Below, one piece after another: positions 43,078 to 55,763 of a stretch of 64,000 nucleotides of DNA. The DNA lies in assembly GCA_964016885.1 (NCBI GenBank), contig OZ024740.1:103292001-103356000 (forward strand). The letters run 5' to 3'. Within the stretch, counting starts at the first letter, position 1. Each line of letters opens with the position of its first letter. The position numbers and the translations under genes are program-made. Below the pieces are notes generated by a model that saw only the letters and a list, made by a program, of their open reading frames with translations, was not told where the DNA came from and made no database searches. The DNA comes from Eledone cirrhosa (taxonomy: Eukaryota).

Positions 43078-43421
43078 GGAGGCACATGGCTTAGTGGTTA
43101 GAGCATTGGCCTTGCAATCGAAAGGTTGTGAGTTCAATTCTCAGACCGGGTGATGTGTTGTTTCCTTGAGCAAGACACTTTATTTCACATTGCTCCAGTT
43201 TACTCAGCTGTAGAAATGAGATGATAGGGACTAGGGTCCATATCATTCCACTGCAAAGTGGTCGTGGAGGTGCCACGGCAAAAAAAGCACCCAGCACTCA
43301 CTGTAAATGAGGTTGGTGTTAGGAAGGGCATCCAGCTGTAGAAATCAAGCCAGAATCAGTTCCCGTCCCACCCCTGCAAGCAGGGAAAAGCGGACGTAAA
43401 ATGATGATGATGATGATGATG
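43078..43421 (+). mobile_element. CORE-SINE with RTE tail, full length
   Basis: Virtually identical to the reverse complement of 13217-13568; (TA)n on both sides. Confidence 0.93.
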
Positions 43422-43446
43422 ATATACATATATATATATATATATA

Positions 43447-46400
43447 TCCAATCTCGCAAAATCCGAAATCTGTATTTTTTGTTATTTATTTAGGTTTAAA
43501 TACGGTGTTTTTGTCGTATTGAACAGAACAAATCTTGCAGTTTTGCTTTTTGTTAATCGCTTGTTAAACATTCATAACCTTCCAGCTAGCTACCCCACAC
43601 CCCTCCCACCCGCCCCCACACACCACCATTCTTAATACATGGACCAATCATAAGCCAGAGACCCCACGCATCACCATTATTATTATTATAAGCCAGAGAC
43701 CCCCCCCCACACGCATCACCATTATTATTATCACGCGGACCAATCATAAGCCAGAGGCCTATACTATCGCTTGCACGGTTGCCTTCGATATATGATGGAT
43801 GGATGGATGGATGGACGAACTGCGGAATCCTGGAGAGTGGAAGGGAGAGAAAAATCTGGACGCTCAGAGCGAAAATGCCAAAGTTAAAGTCAAATTCACC
43901 TCGTGGACGAGAATGCGAGCACTCCTCTTTGTTTCGCCCGCGGATGGCTAACATAACCCCATCTCCCCCCGCCCTCCACCACCCCCACCCTCCAAACGCA
44001 ATCCAAAACTTCAGAGTTGGTACCATAAATGTAGGCACCCTAAAGGGTCGCGCTAACGAGGTTGTAGAAATGCTTGAACGTAAGGAGGTCGATGTTTGTT
44101 GTATTCAAGAGACCAGGTGGAGGGGTGGGTCTGCTAGATTCATTGAGGGTAAAAAACGATGTTATAAGCTTTTCTGGGTGGGAAACGATGATGGGCTGGG
44201 TGGAGTAGGAATCATGGTAGCAGAAAAGTGGGCAGATAAGATAATAGACGTAAATAGAGTGAACGACAGAATAATTAAAATAAGACTTGTCCTCAATAGA
44301 ACTACGGTGACAGTAATATCTGCGTACACACCCCAATCCGGACTGCCCGGCACTATAAAAGACAGATTCTATGAGACACTGTTGCTAACTACCTCCCAAA
44401 TATCTGACAGTGACTATATAATTATTGCAGGCGACCTAAATGGTCACGTTGGACAACATTGTGACGGCTACGAAGAGCAATTAGAGTCGTACAATATAGA
44501 GGAACAGTGGGAATTTCTGAAAGCAAACCTGCTGTTGGCGACAGACGAAGTCTGTGGCTGGAGCAGGCCTGTAGGCAGGAGGAGAGTAACATGGTGGTGG
44601 AACAGTAAGGTGGAGGGGTCAATTAAGGCCAAAAAGCAGGCTTGGAAAGTATGGCGGGATGGGGGAAGTAGAGAAGACTATCAAGTGGCCAGGAGGGAAG
44701 CTAGGAGAGAAGTGTACTTAGCAAGAAGGGAAGCTGAGGAAAGAAAGTTCAAGCATGTTCTACAACGCGATGACCAAAAACGTGAGGTGTTCAGGATTGC
44801 TAGGCAATGCGTCAAGGAAAACCGTGATATAGTCGGGGAGAAGTGTGTACTTAACGATGATGGCATACTTGCCATCACCGACACTGATAAGAAGGTAGCT
44901 TGGAAGTGTCACTATGAAAGGCTACTAAATGAGGAGAATAAATGGGAGAAAGACAGTCTCCCCCATATCGACCCAATAGAGGGACCAGCAGTGTTAGTCG
45001 AGGGGAGTATAATAAGTAAGGCAATCAAGGATATGAAGACGGGTAAGGCGGCCGGGCCTTCGGAAATAGTTGCTGAGATGCTGAAGGCATCTGGCACGGT
45101 GGGACACACCATGGTCACTCGCATAGTTAACCAAGTCGTACAGAATGGGGTTGTTCCGAAGGACTGGCATAGCAGCATCATCGTTAACTGTTATAAGGGT
45201 AAAGGAGATGCCCTAGATAGGAGTAACTATAGAGGCATTAAATTAATCGACCAGGTCATGAAGGTCACGGAAAAAGTAATAGCGCAACTAATCAGAGAGA
45301 GAATTGACCTAGATGAAATGCAGTTCGGGTTTGTGTCAGGCAAAAGTACCACAGACGCTCTTTTCATAGTACGACAACTACAGGAGAAGTTCCTAGCTAA
45401 AGGTAAACCCCTCTACTTAGCTTTTGTCGACTTGGAGAAAGCCTTTGACAGAGTCCCCCGCTCCATTATCTGGTGGGCTCTTAGAAAACTAGGCGTTGAC
45501 GAATGGCTTGTGAGGGCTATACAAGCCATGTATAAAGAAACAGTCAGCAAGGTTAGAATTAACAACGAATATAGTGAAGAGTTTAGCGTAAAAGTTGGCG
45601 TCCATCAGGGCTCTGTTCTCAGCCCCCTACTATTTATTATTGCCCTTCAGGCTATAACAGAGGAGTTCAAGACAGGCTGCCCATGGGAACTCCTATACGC
45701 AGACGACCTGACACTCATAGTGGAATCAATGGCCGAGCTAGAGAAGAAATTCCAAACATGGAAGCACGGCCTAGAGTCAAAAGGACTTAAAATTAACCTG
45801 GCTAAGACCAAAGTTCTAGTTTGTAGGAAAGAAAACAAGGCGGCGGTCCCTTCTGGGAAATGGTCGTGCTCGGTGTGTAGGAAAGGCGTAGGTAGAAACT
45901 CCATTTTATGTCCTAAATGCAAAGTATGGGTGCATAAAAGATGTAGTGGGATCACAGGTAAGCTAACTAAGAACATAGATTTTACATGTGGCCGGTGTTC
46001 TGGTGTTCTGGTGTTCTGGTGTTCTGGTGCAATAAGTAGCAGCAAGTGCCCACAGAATACTAGCTCTTTCAATTGCGCAGAGGGTTCTATAGAAATAGTG
46101 GACAGCTTCCGTTACCTGGGCGATAAAATCAGCAGTGGGGGAGGGTGCTCTGAAAGTACTGTAGCTAGAGTCAGAACTGGTTGGAAAAAGTTCAGAGAGC
46201 TTATACCACTATTAGCTGCTAAAGGGTTCTCCCTAAAAATGAAAGGCAGGTTGTACGATGCCTGCATACGAACAGCAATGTTGCATGGCAGTGAGACCTG
46301 GGCATTGTGTGCAGAGGATATACGCAGACTAGAGAGGAACGAAGCTTGCATGCTCCGCTGGATGTGTAACAGTAATATACGTGAACGGCAAAGCATAAAC

Positions 46401-47067
46401 GAACTAAGGAAAAAATTAGAGATAAGAGGGATCAGATGTTGTTTACTCGAGAGAAGGCTACGTTGGTATGGACACGTGATGCGCATGAAAGTCGATAGCT
46501 GTATAACAAAGTGCAGGGCAATAAAGATAGACGGTAGTCACGGAATAGGCAGACCTAGAAAAACCTGGGACGAGCTGATAAACTCCGACATCACACACTT
46601 ACACCTCTCCAAGACAATGTCACTGGACCGAGACCTTTGGCGGTACTCAGTAACAGAGAAGACCCGCCTTACCTAAATATATAGTAAAACCTACTCCAGC
46701 CAGTAGGCATCTCTAACAAAATACACCCCGTCCCACCACCCCCACCCCATCCACACCACCCCATTCTATGTAAAGTTATGTTGGTGCCGCGCCATCCAGG
46801 CCAAAACAAATGAGATCGTGTAGGTGTCACGACAAAAAAACACACAGTCCACGCTGTAATGTGGCCGTGTAGGCAACACGGTAAAAACCTCCCAGACCCA
46901 CACTGTAAATGTGGTTGGTGTTAGGAAGGGCATCCAACTGTAGAAAACCTGCCAGACAGTCCTATGCGAGCAAGACAATCACTCTTGCCTCAAGTGGGAC
47001 TACCCCCGTCCAAACCCATGCAAGCGTGGAACACGGACGTTAAATGTTGATGATGATGATGATGATG

Positions 47068-47068
<1 letters not shown>
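43447..47068 (+). mobile_element. Near full-length RTE LINE subfamily B with uninterrupted ORF, antisense in an intron of the CUB gene
   Basis: Putative 5'UTR, single ORF, 3'UTR, (ATG)n tail, (TA)n flanks; 5' boundary approximate. Confidence 0.93.
43779..46676 (+). CDS. RTE LINE protein: partial APE endonuclease, reverse transcriptase, PHD-like finger (965 aa from TTG; true start uncertain)
   Basis: GTINVGTL, CIQETRW, SAY.PQ, GDLNGHVG; RT FVDLEKAFDRV, QGSVLSPLLF, YADD; CxxC..CxxC..H..C..CxxC; GRPRKTW. Confidence 0.92.
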   Translation: MPSIYDGWMDGWTNCGILESGRERKIWTLRAKMPKLKSNSPRGRECEHSSLFRPRMANITPSPPALHHPHPPNAIQNFRVGTINVGTLKGRANEVVEMLERKEVDVCCIQETRWRGGSARFIEGKKRCYKLFWVGNDDGLGGVGIMVAEKWADKIIDVNRVNDRIIKIRLVLNRTTVTVISAYTPQSGLPGTIKDRFYETLLLTTSQISDSDYIIIAGDLNGHVGQHCDGYEEQLESYNIEEQWEFLKANLLLATDEVCGWSRPVGRRRVTWWWNSKVEGSIKAKKQAWKVWRDGGSREDYQVARREARREVYLARREAEERKFKHVLQRDDQKREVFRIARQCVKENRDIVGEKCVLNDDGILAITDTDKKVAWKCHYERLLNEENKWEKDSLPHIDPIEGPAVLVEGSIISKAIKDMKTGKAAGPSEIVAEMLKASGTVGHTMVTRIVNQVVQNGVVPKDWHSSIIVNCYKGKGDALDRSNYRGIKLIDQVMKVTEKVIAQLIRERIDLDEMQFGFVSGKSTTDALFIVRQLQEKFLAKGKPLYLAFVDLEKAFDRVPRSIIWWALRKLGVDEWLVRAIQAMYKETVSKVRINNEYSEEFSVKVGVHQGSVLSPLLFIIALQAITEEFKTGCPWELLYADDLTLIVESMAELEKKFQTWKHGLESKGLKINLAKTKVLVCRKENKAAVPSGKWSCSVCRKGVGRNSILCPKCKVWVHKRCSGITGKLTKNIDFTCGRCSGVLVFWCSGAISSSKCPQNTSSFNCAEGSIEIVDSFRYLGDKISSGGGCSESTVARVRTGWKKFRELIPLLAAKGFSLKMKGRLYDACIRTAMLHGSETWALCAEDIRRLERNEACMLRWMCNSNIRERQSINELRKKLEIRGIRCCLLERRLRWYGHVMRMKVDSCITKCRAIKIDGSHGIGRPRKTWDELINSDITHLHLSKTMSLDRDLWRYSVTEKTRLT

Positions 47069-47148
<80 letters not shown>

Positions 47149-47193
47149 CATATATGTATATATACATATATATATATGTATATATATATATAC

Positions 47194-47304
<111 letters not shown>

Positions 47305-47470
47305 GTTTTAATATAGATGAGATTCTACAGGACTAGAACTGTTTCATTCTTTAGAAATCTCATCTATATTAAAATTAGAATCTCATCTATATTAAAACTT
47401 GTATACTCTGCTATGTATTGAGTACCTTACTTACTGTGGTTACATCCGATTCAACCCGGAATAACTTACC

Positions 47471-47505
<35 letters not shown>

Positions 47506-47551
47506 GGATATTTATTGTACACACCAACAAAGACATGAAATATCAACTTAC

Positions 47552-47696
47552 CATGAATGGTCTCTGCAATGACTCTGATGGCATAACTAGCTGATCCTCT
47601 TGATTGTCGAACAAAACGAAATGAAACAATGTTGCCAGTTGTTACCAGTTGTAATAGAGATTCCGAAGAACCATCACTACGACAACCATAACTTTT
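47552..47696 (-). CDS. CUB-domain membrane protein, exon 3 (KSYGCRSDGSSESLLQLVTTGNIVSFRFVRQSRGSASYAIRVIAETIH)
   Basis: 145 nt, TTCCAG acceptor, GTAAGT donor, phase 0 in and 1 out; C-terminal CUB strands (C...T.GN.V.FRF). Confidence 0.85.
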
Positions 47697-50256
47697 CTGG
47701 AAATATAAATAACAAAATATGAAAACCAGCAATCTGTTAGATAAATGACACAGTTTCACATATGAGGATCTGCTCAAAAGTTCATAGAATGACCAAGATA
47801 CTCTCATGAAATGATCAAATGAGGTTTGTTTTTCAATATAGTCCCTGGAAAGAAACAAAGCAGTTATTAATAAGAAGAGTTGAAATTATTGCAGGCAAGA
47901 TTTTACAGCCCTAGCATCACTCCTTTATGGTCAGCCTATGAACTTTTCAGCCTACTCTTGAAATGCTTGAATTTACTGAGATTCCAAGTCTAAAACAGAA
48001 CATATGAGCAAAACATGGTCAGCTGACCTGTGTAGCCTCAAAATATTATAACCCATCTAACCCATGCAAGTATGGAAAATAGATGATGATGGTGATGATG
48101 ATGTCCTTGCAAAAAACTACCTAAAAACAATGAACAATCTCAGCTAATACAAATTTTTGGAAAATGACAACGGAGTTATGAGTGGATTATATACTTAAAT
48201 CTAACAGGTGAAAGCCAGAGACAACTTTCAATCTTGTTAGAACTCATCAGCAAATTGTATTCAGTTCACTTGGCACAACATTCAGATGATCAGTACATAC
48301 AGAAATAGAGGGTATGTAGTGACACTGATAATGAATAACAATAAAAGGGTTGAGGGAAAATAGCTCAAGAGAAAGGTCTGCTTGATAAATACACATGTGA
48401 TAGAGTTTCTCATATGTGGGTCAAAAAGGTTTAACCAAGATTATCAGTGCAACTAGAAGAAAAAACCTTTTTCTAATTTGGATTATCTGATATTATTTGA
48501 GTTATCTCCAGATGCAATGTTCTAGTTTCTTGTCTCTTTCCGGCTAATTGTCTCAAGTAATTTAATTATTACACTTCATCTTTTTATTCCTCTCTGCACT
48601 ATTACCAGTCTGTCTTGCTTCGTTACTCATCCTTTGTTCTACCTGATTCTGAACAACTGCTGTGATGATCTTCAGTATCTGAGGTATATTCTAAGCATTG
48701 CAGTTACCATCCTTAAAACTCAAATTTCTATCGATATCTGTGACATCCTTGGATTTTTATACTTGGAACAGATGGTTGAAAATTGGAAATTGTTTGGTTG
48801 TTCCATCTGTATCATCTGATATTTACAGAATTTTCTGATGCTACACAGTATTCCTTCTAGAATTTCTATATATATAATATATATACATATGTGTGTGTTT
48901 GTAAAGTGGTTGTGTAGATTTGAAGCTATGAATCGGTCACCATGCTGGTGACCGATTGTCACCTGTTTGTTCAACACTAGCTTTGAGGTTACAATCGGTG
49001 GTCACTGGCACGGTACAGCTTCAAATCGGGCCGTTTGTTTACAAACGAATCAAACATTATTATTTATGTTCGATATAACCCATATGTACATATGTATATG
49101 CATATATGTATGTGTGTGTACGTGTACATACTTACATTTATGTATCAGCTGTGCTAGGGTGAGAAATAAAATTCTAATTTTATGATATAGTCGTATGGAC
49201 CCCTGGACTATGAGCATGCAAATCTCGTTATGCAGAGACGCAGACATATGTATGAAACGTGCCTGTGACAGTGTGTCCGAAATTATGTATAATTCTTATA
49301 ATATGTATGTGAGTGCATTATGCCAGTGCAGGAGTAGAGGATAACCAATATGGACATTCCATATGCCCTTCCACAAGCAAAGGTATCTAGTCATGTATGT
49401 CCGTGTGGCTCCGTGTATCTTTTGTGTATGCATGTGTGGGATGATGTATGAGTGTATATATATTTACATTGATGCATGTGTGGATGTGCATGCATGCGCG
49501 TATGTCTCTGGGTGTGTGTGTACACATGTATATTTATATTCCTTTTTATATTCTTTTTACACAATATACACTGAACCACACAGTTCTTTAGCAACCTTTT
49601 CAAAAAAGTTTTTTATAGTCTTTTCAAACACTAACCATAATTCATTATTTCATTAATTCTTTATAATGCAAATCCCCTTTAATGATGTCTAAACAGCTTA
49701 CAAATAAGCCCCACCTCAACCTAGTATAACCTACCTCCCTTATGTCTCCCCTCCTTCCTTTCCACTCACTCTTCTGTGACAAACTGATGACCAGCAGAAA
49801 CCCCCCTACTCCTAGTACAGCATCACACTCTCATGTTCCATTACACACAGCCCTACCACATCCACACGACACACAGTACCTCCGCGCCTTACCACATACA
49901 CGTTGAAATGTCTATGATAAGCCAAAACACCACACCCCTGTAACTAACATCAACCATCGCTCCCCACCACCATCTTGTCACTATGTTCATACCCCCACCT
50001 ATCACACATGCCAAAACATTCCTCATAGATAAACCACCAATCAAAACAACATAAACTGACCTCCATATAAACACGAAACATTACAGACATTTCTATGCTT
50101 TATATGTTCATTCTGTCATTACAACAGCAGAGGTCTGACAAGCTTTTCATTCCAGAGTCAGGCCAGATTGATACAGATTGAACCTTGAGCTGATCAATAG
50201 CGAAACGCATATCACCAATCAATAAACATAATGAAGGCTTAACAAATCGTCCTTGT

Positions 50257-50301
<45 letters not shown>

Positions 50302-50664
50302 GTATATGTTTATATGTATAATCATCATCATTTAACGTCTGTTCTCCGTGTTAGAAAGAGTTGAACTGGTCATCACAAACCAAGTCAGTACTCAAGCAAA
50401 CCTGTTGACTTCTAAGACAGACTAAGAACCCACATCTTGCTTAAATACATTCTTGCATTCTACTGACTGCTCAGATGAGCTGGGAGTCTACACCTTGCTT
50501 CTTTACATTTCTGTGCTCTGCAAAAATGCATTTTATAGTGGCACCAGCACTAGGAAGGTTGTCATGTCTTTGGCATAGCTAAAGAATCCTCCCAACACTT
50601 TGTTTGGCAAGCATTCTACAGCTGAATTCCTTTTATATATATATTAAAATGAATAACAACTTAC

Positions 50665-50897
50665 CAATTTTGTTTGGCTTTCCTCCCCATCAAAAATGTA
50701 GAATTTCATCGAACATTCAAGGTCCACTGTCTGGACAGTAATCTGAAAGGTACTGGCCTTCATAGTAGCAGCACGTAGAGTAATGGTACAACTGAGTGGC
50801 ACTGAGTTACCATTTGACCCACTTGGAGCAGATATGATGACTTGGTTGGTTACTTCATAGGTATTGCTGTTACAATCTTGGCTCTTGTCTAAATAAA
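50665..50897 (-). CDS. CUB-domain membrane protein, exon 2 (FYLDKSQDCNSNTYEVTNQVIISAP...SCTITLRA...DLECSMKFYIFDGEESQTKL)
   Basis: 233 nt, TTTCAG acceptor, GTAAGT donor, phase 1 in and 0 out; CUB-type Cys spacing and IFDG motif. Confidence 0.87.
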
Positions 50898-52631
50898 CTG
50901 AAATTTAACACAAAAATCGAAATTTATAAGCATGAAAAACAAAAACGAAATAGAAATGAAACAAAATATAAATCTAACAATAATTATAAAGGCTAGAAGG
51001 TTGATTCCTTTCTTAGATACAACACCCACCTCATGTATTTTGATACCCTAAGCAGGTGATTATTTCGTTTAATTTTTAATCCAGCCCTGCATAAAGGGAC
51101 TACTTTGAGATTTCATCTTTGTGTTGTGCATATGAGGAATATCAAGCAAATAGTGTGGTTGAGTACATGCCTCTTCCTGTCAATGTTTTAGAGTACAATA
51201 TCAGCAGCATTAAGTACAGGAGACTTTACATGGTAACTCAACCTGCTACATATAGTAGTCAAATTTCCTTCAAATTACATCCTAACATCCTAACCCTTTC
51301 AAGGTTGTCATATTGGTAACACAACAGGAGGCACCTAGTCCATCCTGTAAAGTGGTCATATGGTGACATGTAAGAAGGTGCCTGATTTGCCCTGTGGAGT
51401 GGTTGGGTTGGTGGCATGACTAAGACAAGCCAGTTTCCCCTGTAAAGTGGTACTGACATGACAATAAACATGGGCGATATTGTCACCCTCTAAAGTTTTG
51501 AATATAACCAAACACTTTGAAGAATCTAATAAAATGACTAAGTTTTTCATTAGTCAGCTGATACCTAGAACATTACTTAACAAAAATTTCTAAAATAAAA
51601 TTAGCATGGTTGGTTTTAATATAAAGATAAATATTTAAAAATGAGCTATTTTGAATCCTAAATCCAGGGCAGTTTCAGACAGTTTGATATAAAAATGGTT
51701 GCGAAAGGGCATGTTGGGTTCCCTACCATTATGGCTAAAATGCTTTTGATCATGACTGGTTGATCAGGTCTGAAATGAAGCTAAACAACATGTATCTTTA
51801 TGTCAGGGTGGTAGAGTGTCATGTCAGGGTGGTAGAGTGTCATGCCAGTGTAGTGAAATATAGAGCTTTCTCTGCCAGTGTAGTAGAATATACATCAGTT
51901 TCATTGATGAGATGTTCATAGCGAGAATGCTTTTGATCACATGTCTGGTTGATCAGAGACAACGTGGAGTTAAATAACAATAATACACTTCTTTATATCA
52001 ATGTAGTAGAATGGAATATCAGCTTGGTTGAGTAAATATCTTACCACATTAGCATCATGAAAACCTGCCCAAAACTACTCATTTTAAAGCATTCCTAAAT
52101 AAATGAAAATCTTCCAACATAATTTTATATAAGAACCTTTTATGGTGTTACAAATCCATCTTAATAATGAGATAATGATTTCAGTAAATTACTTGAAATT
52201 CTACATTAATTCAAATACAGCATATTTTATTAGAAGTGTGGTCATGAAAGGGTTAATGGAAATGTGAAATTAGCACATTAACAAAATACTATGGGTCGTG
52301 AAGGGGAGTGTTATGCAGAATCAGTGAATTCACAGACTCACATGTCTTTATGTAATTTATGTAAGTCACTGTATATTCCAAGCACAAATTCTGCTATATG
52401 TCACACTGGGTATTAGAAAGCATTGTGTACATATCAACAGGCAAGAATTCTCTCACCTCTTTCTGTTCAAACCGGCCACTCATATTGATGTTAAAGTATT
52501 GTTCTCAAAATAAATAATATCAAAATCTCATAGATTCGATATCATGTGAGATAATTATGTGAGGTAAAGACTTTTCCATGAAAATTTAATGGTAAATATA
52601 AAGTAATGTAGATACTAAAGGGTTAAACATA

Positions 52632-52968
52632 CGTGGACATGCCTACAAAGTCAGAAAACAGCACAGCTCCCATGACTTTCAGAAACATTTTTTCATACTT
52701 AGAGTTGCTGAAGCATGGAACAAACTGCCTGCATCAGTTGTTAGCTGCCGAAGCACTGCATCCTTTAAAACCCTCATGCTTCCCGAAATTCGCCAAAACT
52801 ACACCTGATGCCCCCCATCCATACACATGCACACACATGTATATCATGACTCATGCACTGTTCATTTTCCTGACGTTTGCACATTGCCATATGTACTATA
52901 CATACACTTTTGATGAGTTGTAGTGCACCTGAGCACTGTACACAATATTTTCATTATTATTATTATTA
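52632..52968 (+). mobile_element. CR1-like LINE 3' fragment with (ATT)n tail
   Basis: Frame RGHAYKVRKQHSSHDFQKHFFILRVAEAWNKLPASVV is the typical CR1 C-terminus. Confidence 0.8.
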
Positions 52969-52985
52969 AAGATATTCTTACTTAC

Positions 52986-53115
52986 ATGTAGCACTTTTAA
53001 TAACATCAGGTCTGACAACATTTGTATTTCCATCATCCTGACTATAAACTTTTGGTAGAAAGGTGATGAACATCAACACAGTCAAATACTTCAAACAATC
53101 CATCTTCCTCATCAT
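52986..53115 (-). CDS. CUB-domain membrane protein, first coding exon (MMRKMDCLKYLTVLMFITFLPKVYS-QDDGNTNVVRPDVIKSAT), signal peptide
   Basis: ATG preceded by an in-frame TGA; hydrophobic core and V-Y-S cleavage motif; GTAAGT donor, phase 1; TTTCCAG acceptor at 53160 implies an upstream non-coding exon. Confidence 0.83.
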
Positions 53116-53172
53116 CCTGATCACAATTCCCTTCTGCAGACATCAATTAGAATACAAAACTGGAAAGGAAAA

Positions 53173-54285
<1,113 letters not shown>

Positions 54286-55320
54286 GTGCATGTATGTGGT
54301 GCATGCAACAACATCCCTCACTAGCTATGCTGATGACACTAAGGTAGCACAGGCAATCAAAAACCCGGCTGACGCTGCCCTCTTACAGCAGGATCTGGAT
54401 GCCATATACAGATGGGCGGAAGAAAACAACATGCAGTTTAATGCTGGCAAATTCCAAGCCCTACAATACAAACCTGCAAACACAAACACAAATATAGCGG
54501 AACACAGCTACACAGGACCAGGAGGGACCGATATCCCCGTGTCAAAATCGATACGAGACCTGGGCATAGACATGAGCGATGATGCATCTTTTTCTTCACA
54601 CATCATGAAGGTGGCGACAGCATGTAGACGATTCGCTGGCTGGATCTTGAGGACTTTCCTTACAAGAGATCGAGACACCATGTTGACACTGTGGAGGACT
54701 TTTGTCCTAAGCCGCCTGGACTACTGCTCCCAGCTGTGGTCACCCCATAGTGTCAAACTAACCACAGAGCTTGAGGCAATCCAGCGAAGCTACACCAAGA
54801 GGATTGCCAAGATGAGGGAGACAAGCTACTGGGAGAGGCTGAAGGAACTGAACCTCTACTCCTTGGAGCGAAGACGGGAGAGATACGCAGTGATCTACAT
54901 GTGGAAAATCCTGGAGGGACTAGCACCAAACTTTGGCATTGGGAGCTGGACCAACCGTCGAACAGGACGTCACTGTGTGGTGCCAAAGGTCCCGTCTTCC
55001 ACATCTAGAATAAGGAGCAGGTATTGCAATAGCCTGGGATTCAAGGGCCCTCAACTCTTCAACAGGCTGCCGAGGCATCTGCGAGACTTGCATGACGTGG
55101 AGGTGGATGTCTTTAAGAAACATCTCGACACCTTGTTATCCAGGATCCCGGATGAGCCCACAGCAAGACACGAGGGAAACCTAAGGGCAGCAGCAACAAA
55201 CTCCCTCCTACACCAGTGGCCAACCTATACAGGCTGGAGATAAAATGTGTAGCAACAAGGGCGGTGCCCCAGCATGGCCTCAGCCGGATGGCTGAAACAG
55301 GTAAAAGAGTAAAAGAGAAT
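54286..55320 (+). mobile_element. CR1/L2-group LINE, 5'-truncated, open frame to the stop at 55243
   Basis: YADDTK, LQQDLDAI..WA..N.MQFN..K, RDLG, LDYCSQLWSP, LERRR; hairpin 3'UTR and GTAAAAGA-repeat tail. Confidence 0.92.
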
Positions 55321-55434
55321 ATATAATATATATATATATATATATAATATATATATATATATATAATATATATATATAATATATATATATATATAATATC
55401 TATATCTATATCTATATATCTATATCTATATCTA

Positions 55435-55763
55435 TGGAGGCACATGGCTTAGTAGTTAGAGCATTGGCCTTGCAATCGAAAGGTTGTGAGTTCAATTCTC
55501 AGACCAGGCGATGTGTTGTTTCTTTGAGCAAGACACTTTATTTCACATTGCTCCAGTTTACTCAGCTGTAGAAATGGGGTCCATATCATTCCACTGTAGA
55601 GTGGTCGTGTAGGTGCCACGGCAAAAAAGCACCCAGCACTCACTGTAAAAGAGGTTGGTGTTAGGAAGGGCATCCAGCTGTAGAAATCAAGCCAGAATCA
55701 GTTCCCGTCCCACCCTTGCAAGCAGGGAAAAAGCGGACGTAAAATGAAATGATGATGATGATG
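55435..55763 (+). mobile_element. CORE-SINE with RTE tail
   Basis: Same family as 43078; small internal deletion. Confidence 0.92.

Noticed and set aside
43078-43150. tRNA genes at SINE heads
   Set aside because: A/B boxes are present but they continue into CORE or Meta domains and tails, so these are SINE heads
48215-48255. Second hammerhead-like motif (minus strand CTGATGAG...GAAA); also CTGATGA at 30044
   Set aside because: No stem I complementarity at 48215-48255 and no GAAA box after 30044
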